Origin: Candidatus Dormibacteria bacterium
GTDB taxonomy: Bacteria > Chloroflexota > Dormibacteria > DASZGP01
Assembly (NCBI GenBank): GCA_050998755.1
Contig: JBPCPW010000085.1
Span: 19,672 to 83,671, forward strand
Reading direction: 5' to 3'
Length of the DNA stretch: 64,000 bases
The notes beneath the pieces are model-generated. The model worked only from the letters and a program-made list of their open reading frames with translations, searched no databases and was not told the origin of the DNA. This document shows positions 1 through 10,496 of this stretch, in pieces (the stretch's first letter is position 1; each line of letters opens with the position of its first letter). The position numbers were made by a program, and so were the translations under genes.

Positions 1-441
1 ACCACCGTGCTGATCACCAGCCCCGAGGCCTACGGCTCCTATCGCCTGGCGCAGTACTACCTGCCGGCATACAGGGTGATCGCAGTTGGCAGGGACCAGC
101 ACAAACATGCCGGTGAAATGTTTGCCACCGGCGGAGCCGCGCAGAGCGGAGCCGCGCCTGAATACGACCTCGCCCGGTTCGATCGAACCGGCGCCTTCGG
201 CCTGCCGGAGACCACGCGTACCGTCGTGGTCCTCGACGCGGATGCCGTCGGGTTCCTGGGTGACCGCGGCGTCCTCACGCCGGTGTTGTTCGGCGACAAC
301 TGGCGCGTCTGGACGGTCCACGTGACCGCTCCTCTGCAACCTCGGGCCTTCGGCTCGTGGGTCTACCTCAATAGCCGCGACTGCCCGTGCCAGGGTGCTG
401 GCACAACCCGGCCGGCACCGGTTGCTCACCAGCCTCTCTGA
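1..441 (+). CDS. Hypothetical protein, C-terminal part (reading frame open at window edge)
   Basis: Frame-1 ORF is open from nt 1 to TGA at 439-441. No family motif recognised. GTG at 7 is only a formal start. Confidence 0.35.
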   Translation, partial: TTVLITSPEAYGSYRLAQYYLPAYRVIAVGRDQHKHAGEMFATGGAAQSGAAPEYDLARFDRTGAFGLPETTRTVVVLDADAVGFLGDRGVLTPVLFGDNWRVWTVHVTAPLQPRAFGSWVYLNSRDCPCQGAGTTRPAPVAHQPL

Positions 442-464
442 CCGACCCAACTTAGAATCCAGGG

Positions 465-1109
465 ATGGCTGGCCCTTTGCCTCTCTTCCTCCTGCGCACG
501 GTGCTCTTCCCGCACATGCCGCTTTCGCTGCACGTATTCGAGGATCGCTACAAGCAGATGCTCGAGGACTGCCTGGAGAGCGGCAAGACCTTCGGGGTGG
601 TGGCCATCAAGCAGGGTGATGAGGTGGGTGGCGAGGCCACCCCTTGCCAGGTTGGAACTCTGGCCAGGATCGTTTCAGTCGAGAAACTGGATGACGGCCG
701 CGTCAATCTCATCATCACCGGTGCTTCGCGCTTTCGCGTCCGGCACCAGGTGCCCGGTAAGCCCTACCTGCAGGCCGAGGTGGACTACCTAAAGGAGGAG
801 GATCCGCCCGCCGACGGTGCCCTGAGTCGCCGCGTGAAACGGGCGTTCGAGAGCTACATCGCCGGCCTCCGCACCCTGGCCCCCAACCTCAGCACCGTCC
901 CGCCGATCCCCGCCGAAGACGAGGTCCTCGGCTACCTGGTCGCTGCCATGGTCGAAACGCCGCTCGAGGCGCGTCAGCGTCTGCTCGAGGCGCCGACCGC
1001 CTCCGATCGCATGGAGATGGAGTTGGGCATCCTGCGATTCGAGGCCGACCTGGTCAGGCGTCAGGTGCTGCCGACCTCGGTGCCCGAGGGGTCTTTCTCC
1101 CGGAACTGA
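465..1109 (+). CDS. Stand-alone Lon N-terminal (LON substrate-binding, PUA-like) domain protein
   Basis: LPLFLLRTVLFPHMPLSLHVFEDRYKQM and GTLARIVSVEKLDDGRVNLIITG match the Lon N-domain pattern. No AAA+ or protease domain follows. Confidence 0.85.
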   Translation: MAGPLPLFLLRTVLFPHMPLSLHVFEDRYKQMLEDCLESGKTFGVVAIKQGDEVGGEATPCQVGTLARIVSVEKLDDGRVNLIITGASRFRVRHQVPGKPYLQAEVDYLKEEDPPADGALSRRVKRAFESYIAGLRTLAPNLSTVPPIPAEDEVLGYLVAAMVETPLEARQRLLEAPTASDRMEMELGILRFEADLVRRQVLPTSVPEGSFSRN

Positions 1110-2232
1110 TCGGCACTGCACTGCCGGCTCTCCTGGCGGGGGTCAGCTTTGCCGCTGCCGCGGGCTGCTTGGCTGGCGCCGCAGACGGCGCTATGGTGGT
1201 GGTTCGGCGTGCCCGTGAGGTGGGGACTACGCTGCGCGCGGGGGGGCCCGTGGGCACCACACTGGTTTCGCTCACCGCGTGCGTCGGGCCCCCCGGCGCC
1301 TCCGCCACGGGTGTCGCGCGGCCACCTTGGTGCCGCCTGAACAAGCGACGCCGATACGGCAGCAGGAAGCTGATCAGAAGCGTCAGGCCCGCCGCCGCGA
1401 AGAGGTACGACGGGCTAATCACAGGCGAGGTGAACTGGGTGCGCACCGTGCCGTCGTGGTGCGCCCGGCCGCTGCTCGCCCGCGTCCCCAGGAGGGTGTC
1501 AATCAGCACCTGGTTGGTGAGGGAGCCGCTGCTCGCCTTGATGACGTGCCGGCCGGGCGTGGTGGACATTGTGAGCCTGGCAATGGCCGAGCCGGTGACA
1601 TCCGTCATGAGCGCGGTGGCCGAAAGGCTCGCGTGGTCATCGGGCTTCTCCGCCAGGTCGAGGGTAACCGGGGCGTTGGGTACCGCGTAGCGGTCTGACC
1701 CGCGGCTGCCACTCAGCGTCACCGTGATCAGGGTCGTCGCGCCTGGCCTGGGATCCTGGGGATCCAGCAGGATGTCCAGGCGTGAGCCGGGGATCGTCGG
1801 CGGCGCAGCCGGACCGCTGCTCTGGCCGACGAGGTTGTCCGAGCTGGGGGGCGGTGGTGGGTTGTTCGCAGGCCCAACAATTGTGCCCGGCGGTCCGACG
1901 GGGTGCGGGTTTCCGCCACTTCCTCCTCCTCCCGAGTTCGACGGCGGCGAATAGGGTAGCTGGGATTGGGACCCTGGCGGATGTTTGCGGGATGCGGAAG
2001 CGGAAGCGGAAGCGGATGCGGATGCGGATGCGGAAGCCGAAGCGGATGCAGATGCGCAGAGGGCCGGCAGCAGACACCGGGTGGCTGATGGTGAGGGGCT
2101 GGCGGCCACGGCGAGGGCGTCCCGGCCGGCGGCGCCTGGCGCCTGGGGCCACGCCAGGGCTGCGCCAGAGGCGAGTAGAGGCAGCATCGCCAGGGCGTTC
2201 CGCCCGCCCCGGCGGGAAATGCGTATGCGCAC
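1054..2232 (-). CDS. Secreted/membrane-anchored protein with (Ala-Ser)n and Pro-rich linkers and a bacterial Ig-like domain
   Basis: GTG start with GGGAGG upstream and a signal-peptide-like N-terminus (LAMLPLLASGAALA). The Ig-like segment reads ITVTLSGSRG...PVTLDL...GRHVIKASSG. A TM helix (YLFAAAGLTLLISFLLPY) is followed by a basic tail. It lies 44 nt downstream of the anti-sigma gene. Confidence 0.6.
   Translation of the reverse strand: MRIRISRRGGRNALAMLPLLASGAALAWPQAPGAAGRDALAVAASPSPSATRCLLPALCASASASASASASASASASASASRKHPPGSQSQLPYSPPSNSGGGGSGGNPHPVGPPGTIVGPANNPPPPPSSDNLVGQSSGPAAPPTIPGSRLDILLDPQDPRPGATTLITVTLSGSRGSDRYAVPNAPVTLDLAEKPDDHASLSATALMTDVTGSAIARLTMSTTPGRHVIKASSGSLTNQVLIDTLLGTRASSGRAHHDGTVRTQFTSPVISPSYLFAAAGLTLLISFLLPYRRRLFRRHQGGRATPVAEAPGGPTHAVSETSVVPTGPPARSVVPTSRARRTTTIAPSAAPAKQPAAAAKLTPARRAGSAVPISSGRKTPRAPRSAAPDA
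1991..2056. repeat. In-frame hexanucleotide microsatellite GCGGA(A/T) x11 encoding (Ala-Ser)n on the minus strand
   Basis: Direct reading: gatgcggaagcggaagcggaagcggatgcggatgcggatgcggaagccgaagcggatgcagatgcg. Confidence 0.9.
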
Positions 2233-2276
2233 GACCTCCCGATTATCGCAGCGGCCTCCCCGCGCGCCGCCGGTGT

Positions 2277-4175
2277 CTACCGGAGTTCGATCACCAGGCG
2301 AGCTGGGCCGGTCAGGTAGTAGATCGTGTAGCGGGCGGCGCGAGACGTAGTCAGCTTGAGACTCGTCGCGTCGCCGCCGGTGGGAGCGATCGAACTGACC
2401 GGCCCGGTGCCCTGGAACGCGGTGGCGATCGCAGGATCTATGGTGGTCCCCGCTGACTGCAGGTACAGGGTGTTGTCACCTGCCTGTCCCAGCTGGAAAT
2501 CGGGGAGCGGTCCGGAGCCCTGGAGGTCGAAGACGATCAGGTTCAACCCTGCGGAGGGGTTGCGGGTGCGGATGCGCAGGACCTGGTACCCGGTGCCCGC
2601 GTTGCCGGCAGTAACCACACCGCTGAGGGGCGGAACAACGGGTGCGGCGGAGACCTGCGGGGAGGGCGCGGCCGCCACTGCCGGACTGGCTTGCGCCGAG
2701 GGCGCAGTCGACGGGTGCGAGGCGGCGGTCGTCGCGACCGGCTGCGGGCGGTGAGTGAGCAATCGCGGCAGGAAGACAAGGGCGGCCACCAGCAGGACAA
2801 TCGCGCCGGCGACCGCGAGCCCGATCCTCACCTGGGTGCTGAGGGATTCAAGCCCCGACGGTCGGCCCCTTGCCGCCGTCTGATTCCGGAGCGCTCCCCG
2901 GTACTCATCGACATTCACAGCCCCGACTTCGGTGCCGCCCAGCTCACCACGCAGCCCGGCAACGGCCGCCGCAACCTCGTCCTCCGGTTGGTGCTCAAAT
3001 GCAGGCTCGAACTCGCCGGTCGGCGCCAGCATCGCGGGCGACTCCCACGGATCGGCGGCCGGCCGGCTCCAGGTTCCACCTTCGGCCTCCGCCACGGGCC
3101 CCAGGTTAGGGGCTGTCTCCGCGGCCGGCTCAGCCTCAGCCTCCACTCCGGGTTCGGGTTCAAGTTCAGGTTCGGGTTCGGGTTCGGGTTCGGGTTCAGG
3201 CTCGGGTTCGGGTTCGGGTTCGGCCTCAGGTTCGGGCCCGGCTGTGGCCTCAGATTCGATCGCAGCCGTTGTTCCACCGGCGGCCCAGCGGTGACCGGCG
3301 GCCTCCATACGCTCTGCTTCGAGGTCTTCCTCCACCACCCGGCGGCCGTGGGCCTCCATGTCCTCGGCGTCGGCTGCCTCAGCGTCGACCCACGGCGCGA
3401 CAGGCTGGGGGGTGGGGGCCTCCGGCCGCTCCTCGAGGGCCGCACCGGCCGCCATTTCGAGGGCGTACTGCTCCTCGGGACTGCTGGCCCCCTCCGTGTT
3501 GGCGCCGAGCCAGCGCGCGTTGGCGGGCTGCTCGTCGGCGGCCGGGTCGAGGACCTCGGGTTCGGGCTCGGGCGTGGTCTGAGGGGCGTGATGGTGCGCC
3601 GTCGCCGAGAACTCGGGCCAGGTGGCGATCGCCGGGGGTTCGATCACCGGCGGCTCGGGGATGGGAGGGGGACCCGAGGCCACCGGGGCCTCATGAGCCG
3701 GGGCTTCCGCGATGTCCGGGATCGGCGGCGGGTCGGGAACCGACACCACGTTCACCCAGGTCGGGGCGCCGGACTCTCCTTCCAGCTCGGGTGCCGGGGT
3801 GTTCACCACCGCGGCATAGCGCTCATCATCGTCGTATTGGGCCTCGCCCACGCCGCCGGCCGCGTCCTCAATCATGACCGCGACCGGTTCGCTCGTCGTC
3901 GGTAAGGCAACTTCGGCCCGCCGGGTGGGGCTCGACTGGCTGATACCGCCCTTGTCCCGGAGGATCTCCAGCGCAGGCATCAGGACGGTGTCCGGGATGA
4001 TGGCGCGGCCCATTCCGCGCACCCGCTCCCGCGCCGAGGTCACCTCGTCGAGGAGGGCGCCGCATGACGCGCAACTGCGTAGATGTTCCTCGACCTGGGC
4101 ACGGTTATCAGGCGCCAGTTCGTCGTCGAGGTAAGGGGTGAGGGACTTGGGCTGGCACTTCTTCGCTGGTGGCAT
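2277..4175 (-). CDS. Anti-sigma factor (zf-HC2 type), single TM, very long acidic/Pro-rich extracytoplasmic region, AMIN-like C-terminus
   Basis: N-terminus reads MPPAKKCQPKSLTPYLDDELAPDNRAQVEEHLRSCASCGALLDEV (H-x3-C-x2-C motif). ATG at 4175 lies 19 nt after the sigma-factor stop. The longer ORF to 4370 would overlap the sigma gene and was trimmed. TM helix: IGLAVAGAIVLLVAALVFL. Confidence 0.8.
   Translation of the reverse strand: MPPAKKCQPKSLTPYLDDELAPDNRAQVEEHLRSCASCGALLDEVTSARERVRGMGRAIIPDTVLMPALEILRDKGGISQSSPTRRAEVALPTTSEPVAVMIEDAAGGVGEAQYDDDERYAAVVNTPAPELEGESGAPTWVNVVSVPDPPPIPDIAEAPAHEAPVASGPPPIPEPPVIEPPAIATWPEFSATAHHHAPQTTPEPEPEVLDPAADEQPANARWLGANTEGASSPEEQYALEMAAGAALEERPEAPTPQPVAPWVDAEAADAEDMEAHGRRVVEEDLEAERMEAAGHRWAAGGTTAAIESEATAGPEPEAEPEPEPEPEPEPEPEPEPELEPEPGVEAEAEPAAETAPNLGPVAEAEGGTWSRPAADPWESPAMLAPTGEFEPAFEHQPEDEVAAAVAGLRGELGGTEVGAVNVDEYRGALRNQTAARGRPSGLESLSTQVRIGLAVAGAIVLLVAALVFLPRLLTHRPQPVATTAASHPSTAPSAQASPAVAAAPSPQVSAAPVVPPLSGVVTAGNAGTGYQVLRIRTRNPSAGLNLIVFDLQGSGPLPDFQLGQAGDNTLYLQSAGTTIDPAIATAFQGTGPVSSIAPTGGDATSLKLTTSRAARYTIYYLTGPARLVIELR
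3149..3237. repeat. In-frame hexanucleotide repeat GGTTCG (about 14 units, some variant) encoding (Glu-Pro)n on the minus strand
   Basis: Direct reading of ggttcgggttcaagttcaggttcgggttcgggttcggg... The protein reads EAEPEPEPEPEPEPEPEPEPELEPEP. Confidence 0.9.
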
Positions 4176-4194
4176 TAGTGGACTGTCACGGCTG

Positions 4195-4728
4195 CTAGAA
4201 CTTGATGTAGTCGTAGGCCCGCTGGAAGCCGTGGCGGGCGCGGTCCAGCTCCTTGCCCACCGCCGATCGCCCGATTCCAGCGGCCCGCGCCACCTCGTCG
4301 TAGCTGAGCTGGCAGTAGTCCTTGAGCAGCAGGATGGCCCGGTCGTTGAACTCCAGTGTCGAAAGCGCACGCTGCTCGGTTCCGTGCGTGAGACTGTGCA
4401 CTTGGTCCTCGGTGAAGATCACCGCGGGCTCGTCCGACTTGCTGAACAGCCGCTGCCAGAGAGTCTTCTTTTCGCCCTTGCGCAGGTAGTCGCGGGCCCG
4501 GGCCGTGGCAATCAGGTACATCAGCGAGCGAGGCTGATTCGGCACCTTGTCCTTGCGGTAGTACCGCGCGAGTTGCTCGAAGGTCTCCTCGCTGAGGCGA
4601 TGAGCCACGCCGATATCACCCACCAGCCTCTCCAGGTAACTGATCACCTGGTTGAAAGAGGACAGGAACAGGGTGTCGAAATCGGGCTGAGTGCTGGAAA
4701 AGTTCAGCACAAGGCTTAGCTCATTCAT
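4195..4728 (-). CDS. ECF-type RNA polymerase sigma-70 family factor
   Basis: The size (177 aa), a region-2-like YLIATARARDYLRK and a region-4 HTH-like LSYDEVARAAGIGRSAVGKELDRAR fit an ECF sigma. A zf-HC2 anti-sigma gene follows immediately. Confidence 0.85.
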   Translation of the reverse strand: MNELSLVLNFSSTQPDFDTLFLSSFNQVISYLERLVGDIGVAHRLSEETFEQLARYYRKDKVPNQPRSLMYLIATARARDYLRKGEKKTLWQRLFSKSDEPAVIFTEDQVHSLTHGTEQRALSTLEFNDRAILLLKDYCQLSYDEVARAAGIGRSAVGKELDRARHGFQRAYDYIKF

Positions 4729-4819
4729 TACAAAGACGTATAGAGGACGCTGCGGCCAGTGTAGACGTGTGCTTCCCTATAAGCAACTCGGGCCCCGGCT
4801 GACGCCGGACGCTGCGCAT

Positions 4820-6815
<1,996 letters not shown>

Positions 6816-6817
6816 TC

Positions 6818-7588
6818 TTGTTGGCCATGGGGATTTTGGACGGCAAGGCGGCCCTGGTCACCGGTGGCTCATCGGGAATCGGCCTGGCGACGGTCAGGCG
6901 GTTCCTTGACGCTGGCGCCGTGGTCACGGTGGTGGACCTCAAGCCGCCCTCCGACGAGGTGAAGTTCATCGAGGCCGACGTGGGCGACAGCAGCGCGTGG
7001 CCGGTGATCGTCGAGAAGGCGGTGCAGGGGATGGGTGGCATCGATGTCGCCTTCCTCAACGCCGGCGTGACCACGGGCGAGGGCGCCGTCGAGAAGGTCA
7101 CAGATGACCAGTACCACCGGATCATGCGGGTCAACCTGGACCAGGTGTTCTACGGCATCCGCGAGCTCACCCCACTGATGACCGAACGGGGCGGTGGCTG
7201 GATAGTGGCCACGGCGTCGTTGGCGGGCCTGGTTGGGGTGACCCTGGACCCCGTCTACGCCGCCACCAAGCACGCGGTCGTCGGCCTGGTTCGCTCGCTC
7301 GGTCCGGTGCTTGAGGGACAGGGAATCAGGCTCAACGCGATTTGCCCCGGCTTCACCGACACGCCACTCCTGGGCGACGGCGGTGGGGATGCCCTCAAGC
7401 AGATGGGTTTCCCGCTGCTCAACGCCGAGCGCATCGCCGACGCGGTGATGATCGCCATCGAAGGCGGTGCCGGCGGCCTCTGCTACCCGATCCAGCCCGG
7501 GCGCGAGATCGAGCCGTACCGCTTCGCGAGCATCCCCGGCGCCCGCACCGAGAGCGGTGACGGGGCCGGTCTCCCTAGCCTCGCCTAG
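6818..7588 (+). CDS. SDR family oxidoreductase (short-chain dehydrogenase)
   Basis: It carries the TGGSSGIG cofactor motif and the YAATKHAV catalytic Y-x3-K. The start may instead be ATG at 6827. Confidence 0.9.
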   Translation: MLAMGILDGKAALVTGGSSGIGLATVRRFLDAGAVVTVVDLKPPSDEVKFIEADVGDSSAWPVIVEKAVQGMGGIDVAFLNAGVTTGEGAVEKVTDDQYHRIMRVNLDQVFYGIRELTPLMTERGGGWIVATASLAGLVGVTLDPVYAATKHAVVGLVRSLGPVLEGQGIRLNAICPGFTDTPLLGDGGGDALKQMGFPLLNAERIADAVMIAIEGGAGGLCYPIQPGREIEPYRFASIPGARTESGDGAGLPSLA

Positions 7589-7611
7589 CCGGGATCCACC
7601 GATCCCGGCTA
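7586..7611. terminator. Perfect 11-bp stem / 4-nt loop hairpin between convergent genes (candidate bidirectional terminator, no U-tract)
   Basis: TAGCCGGGATC-cacc-GATCCCGGCTA. It includes the SDR stop codon and ends 3 nt before the FHA gene stop. Confidence 0.5.
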
Positions 7612-7613
7612 AG

Positions 7614-8567
7614 TTAGAACTTCCAGCGCTTCTTCTTCTCGCCGCCGGCGTCAGGAGCGGGCGCTGCGCCCGGCATCGGCGCCGGTGCGGGCATGCCGCC
7701 GGGCGTCGGCGAACCACCCGAGGGCGCCGGGAACGGGGCCTGTTGGTGGGGCTGCGCGAAGGCCGTGGCGCCGGCGGAAGGGGCTGGCACCGCCTGCACC
7801 GCGACGGCCAGGCGGTAGCTGATCCCGGCGCAGCGGTTGCAGACCATCAGTCCGTCCTCGCGCTCGGGGAGGCAGTCAACACAGAAGGGCTCGAGGCAAC
7901 CGGGGCAGAGGCCCACCGCCGGCAGGTGAGAGTGGTTGGAGCAGGCGGTATAGGCCTCAACCGGCTCTGGTGGGGCCGCCGCGGCCGCCACGGCCGGCTC
8001 CGGCTCAATTGCCGGCTCAAGCTCCTGCGCCGGCTCAGGCTCCTGCGCCGGCTCCGGGAGCGCCATGGGCTGGTCAGACTGGGTCGGCTCCTCGCCGGAA
8101 GGGGGCGCGAAGACGGCGGTTTCCGAGGGGTCAGCCGCCGGCGGGGCCACCATGGTCTCCTCGGCCATGGGTCCGGCGATCATGGTCTCTTCGGGGGCCG
8201 CCTCCGGCACTTCGGGCGGCCACTCGGCCTTGACGCCCTCGGGCCACTCGGCCTCGCGCACGAAGGTCATGGTCACCGCGCCGAATGCGACCTCATCGCC
8301 GTCCTTCAGCTGGCGGTCAACCTGGTGCACCAGGCGCTCGCCATTCACCGTCGAGCCGTTGGTCGAGCCGACGTCTCGGATGGAGATGACCCCATGCTCA
8401 TAGCTCAGTTCGGCCTGGCGCCGGGATACGCTGCGCTCCTGGTCGAGGGTGCCAAGGTCCACGTCGGGGACCATGTTGGTGATGCGGTCCTTGCGGCCCA
8501 CCGAGTTGGTGACCTTGTTCAGCGGGAAGTTGAGCTGGCCAAAGGCCAGTGCGGGTCCGGTGGCCAT
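7614..8567 (-). CDS. FHA domain protein with acidic Pro-rich linker and C-terminal Cys/His zinc-binding module
   Basis: FHA pattern: VGRKDRI...SVSRRQAELSYEHGVISIRDVGSTNGSTVNGERL. ATG at 8567 is preceded by AGGAGGGA. Zinc module CxxH-x8-CxxC-x4-CxxC-x10-CxxC lies at nt 7830-7943. Confidence 0.85.
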   Translation of the reverse strand: MATGPALAFGQLNFPLNKVTNSVGRKDRITNMVPDVDLGTLDQERSVSRRQAELSYEHGVISIRDVGSTNGSTVNGERLVHQVDRQLKDGDEVAFGAVTMTFVREAEWPEGVKAEWPPEVPEAAPEETMIAGPMAEETMVAPPAADPSETAVFAPPSGEEPTQSDQPMALPEPAQEPEPAQELEPAIEPEPAVAAAAAPPEPVEAYTACSNHSHLPAVGLCPGCLEPFCVDCLPEREDGLMVCNRCAGISYRLAVAVQAVPAPSAGATAFAQPHQQAPFPAPSGGSPTPGGMPAPAPMPGAAPAPDAGGEKKKRWKF

Positions 8568-8601
8568 GGCTAGTCCCTCCTGATTTGTGACACAGGCTGC
8601 A

Positions 8602-9384
8602 TTATGGCGCAGGGGTCGGTGGTGAGACCTTGATGGCCGCACCGAAGTCGCTGAAGTCAATCTGGATCAGCCCGCTGCCGAGCGCCCCGGAGCGGGGGTC
8701 AATGTCCTCGGCCACCAGGCGCCCAGAGGCCTGGTCCACGTACATTACGATCGCCGCCGGCGAGGCGGCATCTCCTGCGCCCGCTGCCAGGGACGCGGTG
8801 TATTTCTCCGTCGTGAGCCCGTTGCGGTCGCCGGGCCCCGCATCGGCGAACCCTGTCGACTTCGAGAGGTAGCCGAGGTACGCCTGCGGGCCGGACGGGG
8901 GGGCGTTGGCGACGGGCTTCCAGGCCTCCTGGCCGGAACGCGTGACCGTGACCCCGTCATACGTCACTGTTTCGGTTGTCGCGTAATGCTGCGGCAGCGT
9001 CACGCTGGTCAACACGCGAGAGCGCGTGGCTGATTCGCTGTCGCCGCTGGACACGATCGCGGCCTTCTGGCCGTTGGTGGCGCCCGAGAACTCGGCGTTG
9101 AGGCGAAAGCGGAAGGACCCGCTTTCGGCGGTCTTCCGCGCCGCGGCGAGTACGGCCTGCGCCGCCGGGCTGGCATCTTTGATCTCCAGCGGCCCGCTGG
9201 GTGGAGGGGCGATGGCTGCCAGGGGTGCCACGGGGCCGGTGGCCGCCGAACCGCTCGACGACGCTTGAGGCGTTGGGCCGGCATCGGTCGTGGGCGCTGC
9301 GCTGTCGCAGGCCGTCAACAGTCCCGCGACCACTGTCAGCAGCAGCCAGCTTCCCTGCCGGCGTGAGTGATCGATCAGGCTCAA
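8602..9384 (-). CDS. Putative lipoprotein (possible LolA/LppX-like fold)
   Basis: Lipobox LLTAC follows a hydrophobic segment. TTG start overlaps the upstream stop (TTGA). The fold assignment is only a guess from FRFRLNAEFSG-type strands. Confidence 0.55.
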   Translation of the reverse strand: MSLIDHSRRQGSWLLLTVVAGLLTACDSAAPTTDAGPTPQASSSGSAATGPVAPLAAIAPPPSGPLEIKDASPAAQAVLAAARKTAESGSFRFRLNAEFSGATNGQKAAIVSSGDSESATRSRVLTSVTLPQHYATTETVTYDGVTVTRSGQEAWKPVANAPPSGPQAYLGYLSKSTGFADAGPGDRNGLTTEKYTASLAAGAGDAASPAAIVMYVDQASGRLVAEDIDPRSGALGSGLIQIDFSDFGAAIKVSPPTPAP

Positions 9385-9899
9385 GAGTGGGGATTCTGCA
9401 CGATGTAGGTCACGCCGGTTACATCCTCGGTGCGGAAGGCCTCCACCTGTACGGTCTCCGCGCCCTTGACGAAGACCGCTTGCCAGAGCGCATCCGACAC
9501 TGGATGAGGGGAGGCGGGGGCGGCGAGCGATTTCCAGCCACTTGCCGCCAGGGTGGTCTCCAACTCGCGGCGAACCTCGGCGACCCCGGTGTGTTCGGCG
9601 TAGATAACGGTCACCACCGGCCCCTTGTCCAGGTAGTAGCTGCGTGTCGCGCCGCGGGGGCGAGGTAGCCCGGCGACGTCTGAGCCGGGAACGTCGCGGT
9701 CCGGGACCCGCGTCAGGGCCTGGTTGATGTTCGGCGCAGCTGAGCTCTCGACCGCGGGCGGGGGCGACTGCGCCAGGTAGACCATGGCGACGACAACCAG
9801 CACCACAACCCCGGCGGCCACGGCGACACCAGCTCCCCCGCTGCCCTTGCGGCGTGGACGAGCCGGGGTAACAGCGCGCCGGGTACGAGCCCTAGCCAT
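9381..9899 (-). CDS. Single-pass membrane protein, hypothetical
   Basis: A basic N-terminus is followed by the TM helix GVAVAAGVVVLVVVAMVYL. It lies 24 nt downstream of the last tad pseudopilin gene. Confidence 0.5.
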   Translation of the reverse strand: MARARTRRAVTPARPRRKGSGGAGVAVAAGVVVLVVVAMVYLAQSPPPAVESSAAPNINQALTRVPDRDVPGSDVAGLPRPRGATRSYYLDKGPVVTVIYAEHTGVAEVRRELETTLAASGWKSLAAPASPHPVSDALWQAVFVKGAETVQVEAFRTEDVTGVTYIVQNPHS

Positions 9900-9923
9900 C
9901 CTGGGGCTGCGTGCGGGGTGGCC

Positions 9924-10496
9924 TCAGCAGATCTGGGCCTGGGACTTGCTGAAGGGGAACCAGGTTTCGGTGTACTTGGAGTAGTTGAGGACGTATTTGA
10001 TCGGCATGCTGAACCCGGCGGAGAAGCCCGGGTCGTAGTTGTAAGTGATCTTCATCGTCCCCAGTCCGGTGTTGAGGTGGGAGAGAACATCCCCGATTGG
10101 CCCGCTGGCCAGGCTTCCGAAGCCCTTGAAGATCGCACTGTGGTTGCCGGGCTCCAGCCCCGGAGGGAAGTTGCCGGAGTCGTACTTCCACTGCGGCGTG
10201 GTTCCGGGTGTGCAGACGATGCTGTTCTTGCCGTCGATGCTGTTATCCATCATGTGGGCGCTGGCGCGAATCCAGTCGAGGAGCTGGGGCTCGTTCATCT
10301 GAAAGGAGTCCGTGCCAGCGGGGTTGAGGCGGTCGATCGCGGCCATCTTGCTGGCCTCGGACACGCTCTCCTGGACGATGGCGGCGTCGTAGGCCGCCTT
10401 CCCCAGGCTGAGCGACCCCACGAACATCAGCGCCAGCAGCGGCATCGTCATGGCAAACTCGATCAGCGACTGTCCACGCTGGTTGCGGCACCTCAT
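9924..10496 (-). CDS. TadE-like pseudopilin
   Basis: N-terminus MRCRNQRGQSLIEFAMTMPLLALMFVG (TadE N-terminal motif). The ATG overlaps the TadG stop (ATGA at 10493-10496). The ORF-track extension to 10904 was rejected. Confidence 0.75.
   Translation of the reverse strand: MRCRNQRGQSLIEFAMTMPLLALMFVGSLSLGKAAYDAAIVQESVSEASKMAAIDRLNPAGTDSFQMNEPQLLDWIRASAHMMDNSIDGKNSIVCTPGTTPQWKYDSGNFPPGLEPGNHSAIFKGFGSLASGPIGDVLSHLNTGLGTMKITYNYDPGFSAGFSMPIKYVLNYSKYTETWFPFSKSQAQIC

Noticed and set aside
2691-3905. 404-aa plus-strand ORF and several other ORFs overlapping the anti-sigma gene
   Set aside because: Their products are dominated by Arg/Gly repeats that mirror the (EP)n region. The minus-strand frame carries the zf-HC2 motif and sits correctly after the sigma gene.
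4176-4370. Upstream extension of the anti-sigma ORF (ORF-track start at 4370)
   Set aside because: The extension would overlap the 3' part of the sigma-factor gene by 176 nt and encodes a Ser/Thr/Arg-rich stretch. ATG 4175 gives the canonical anti-sigma N-terminus 19 nt after the sigma stop.
4729-4819. ECF-type promoter (GGAAC-N17-CGTC) upstream of the sigma-factor gene
   Set aside because: CGTC elements are present, but no properly spaced GGAAC-like -35 element was found on the minus strand.
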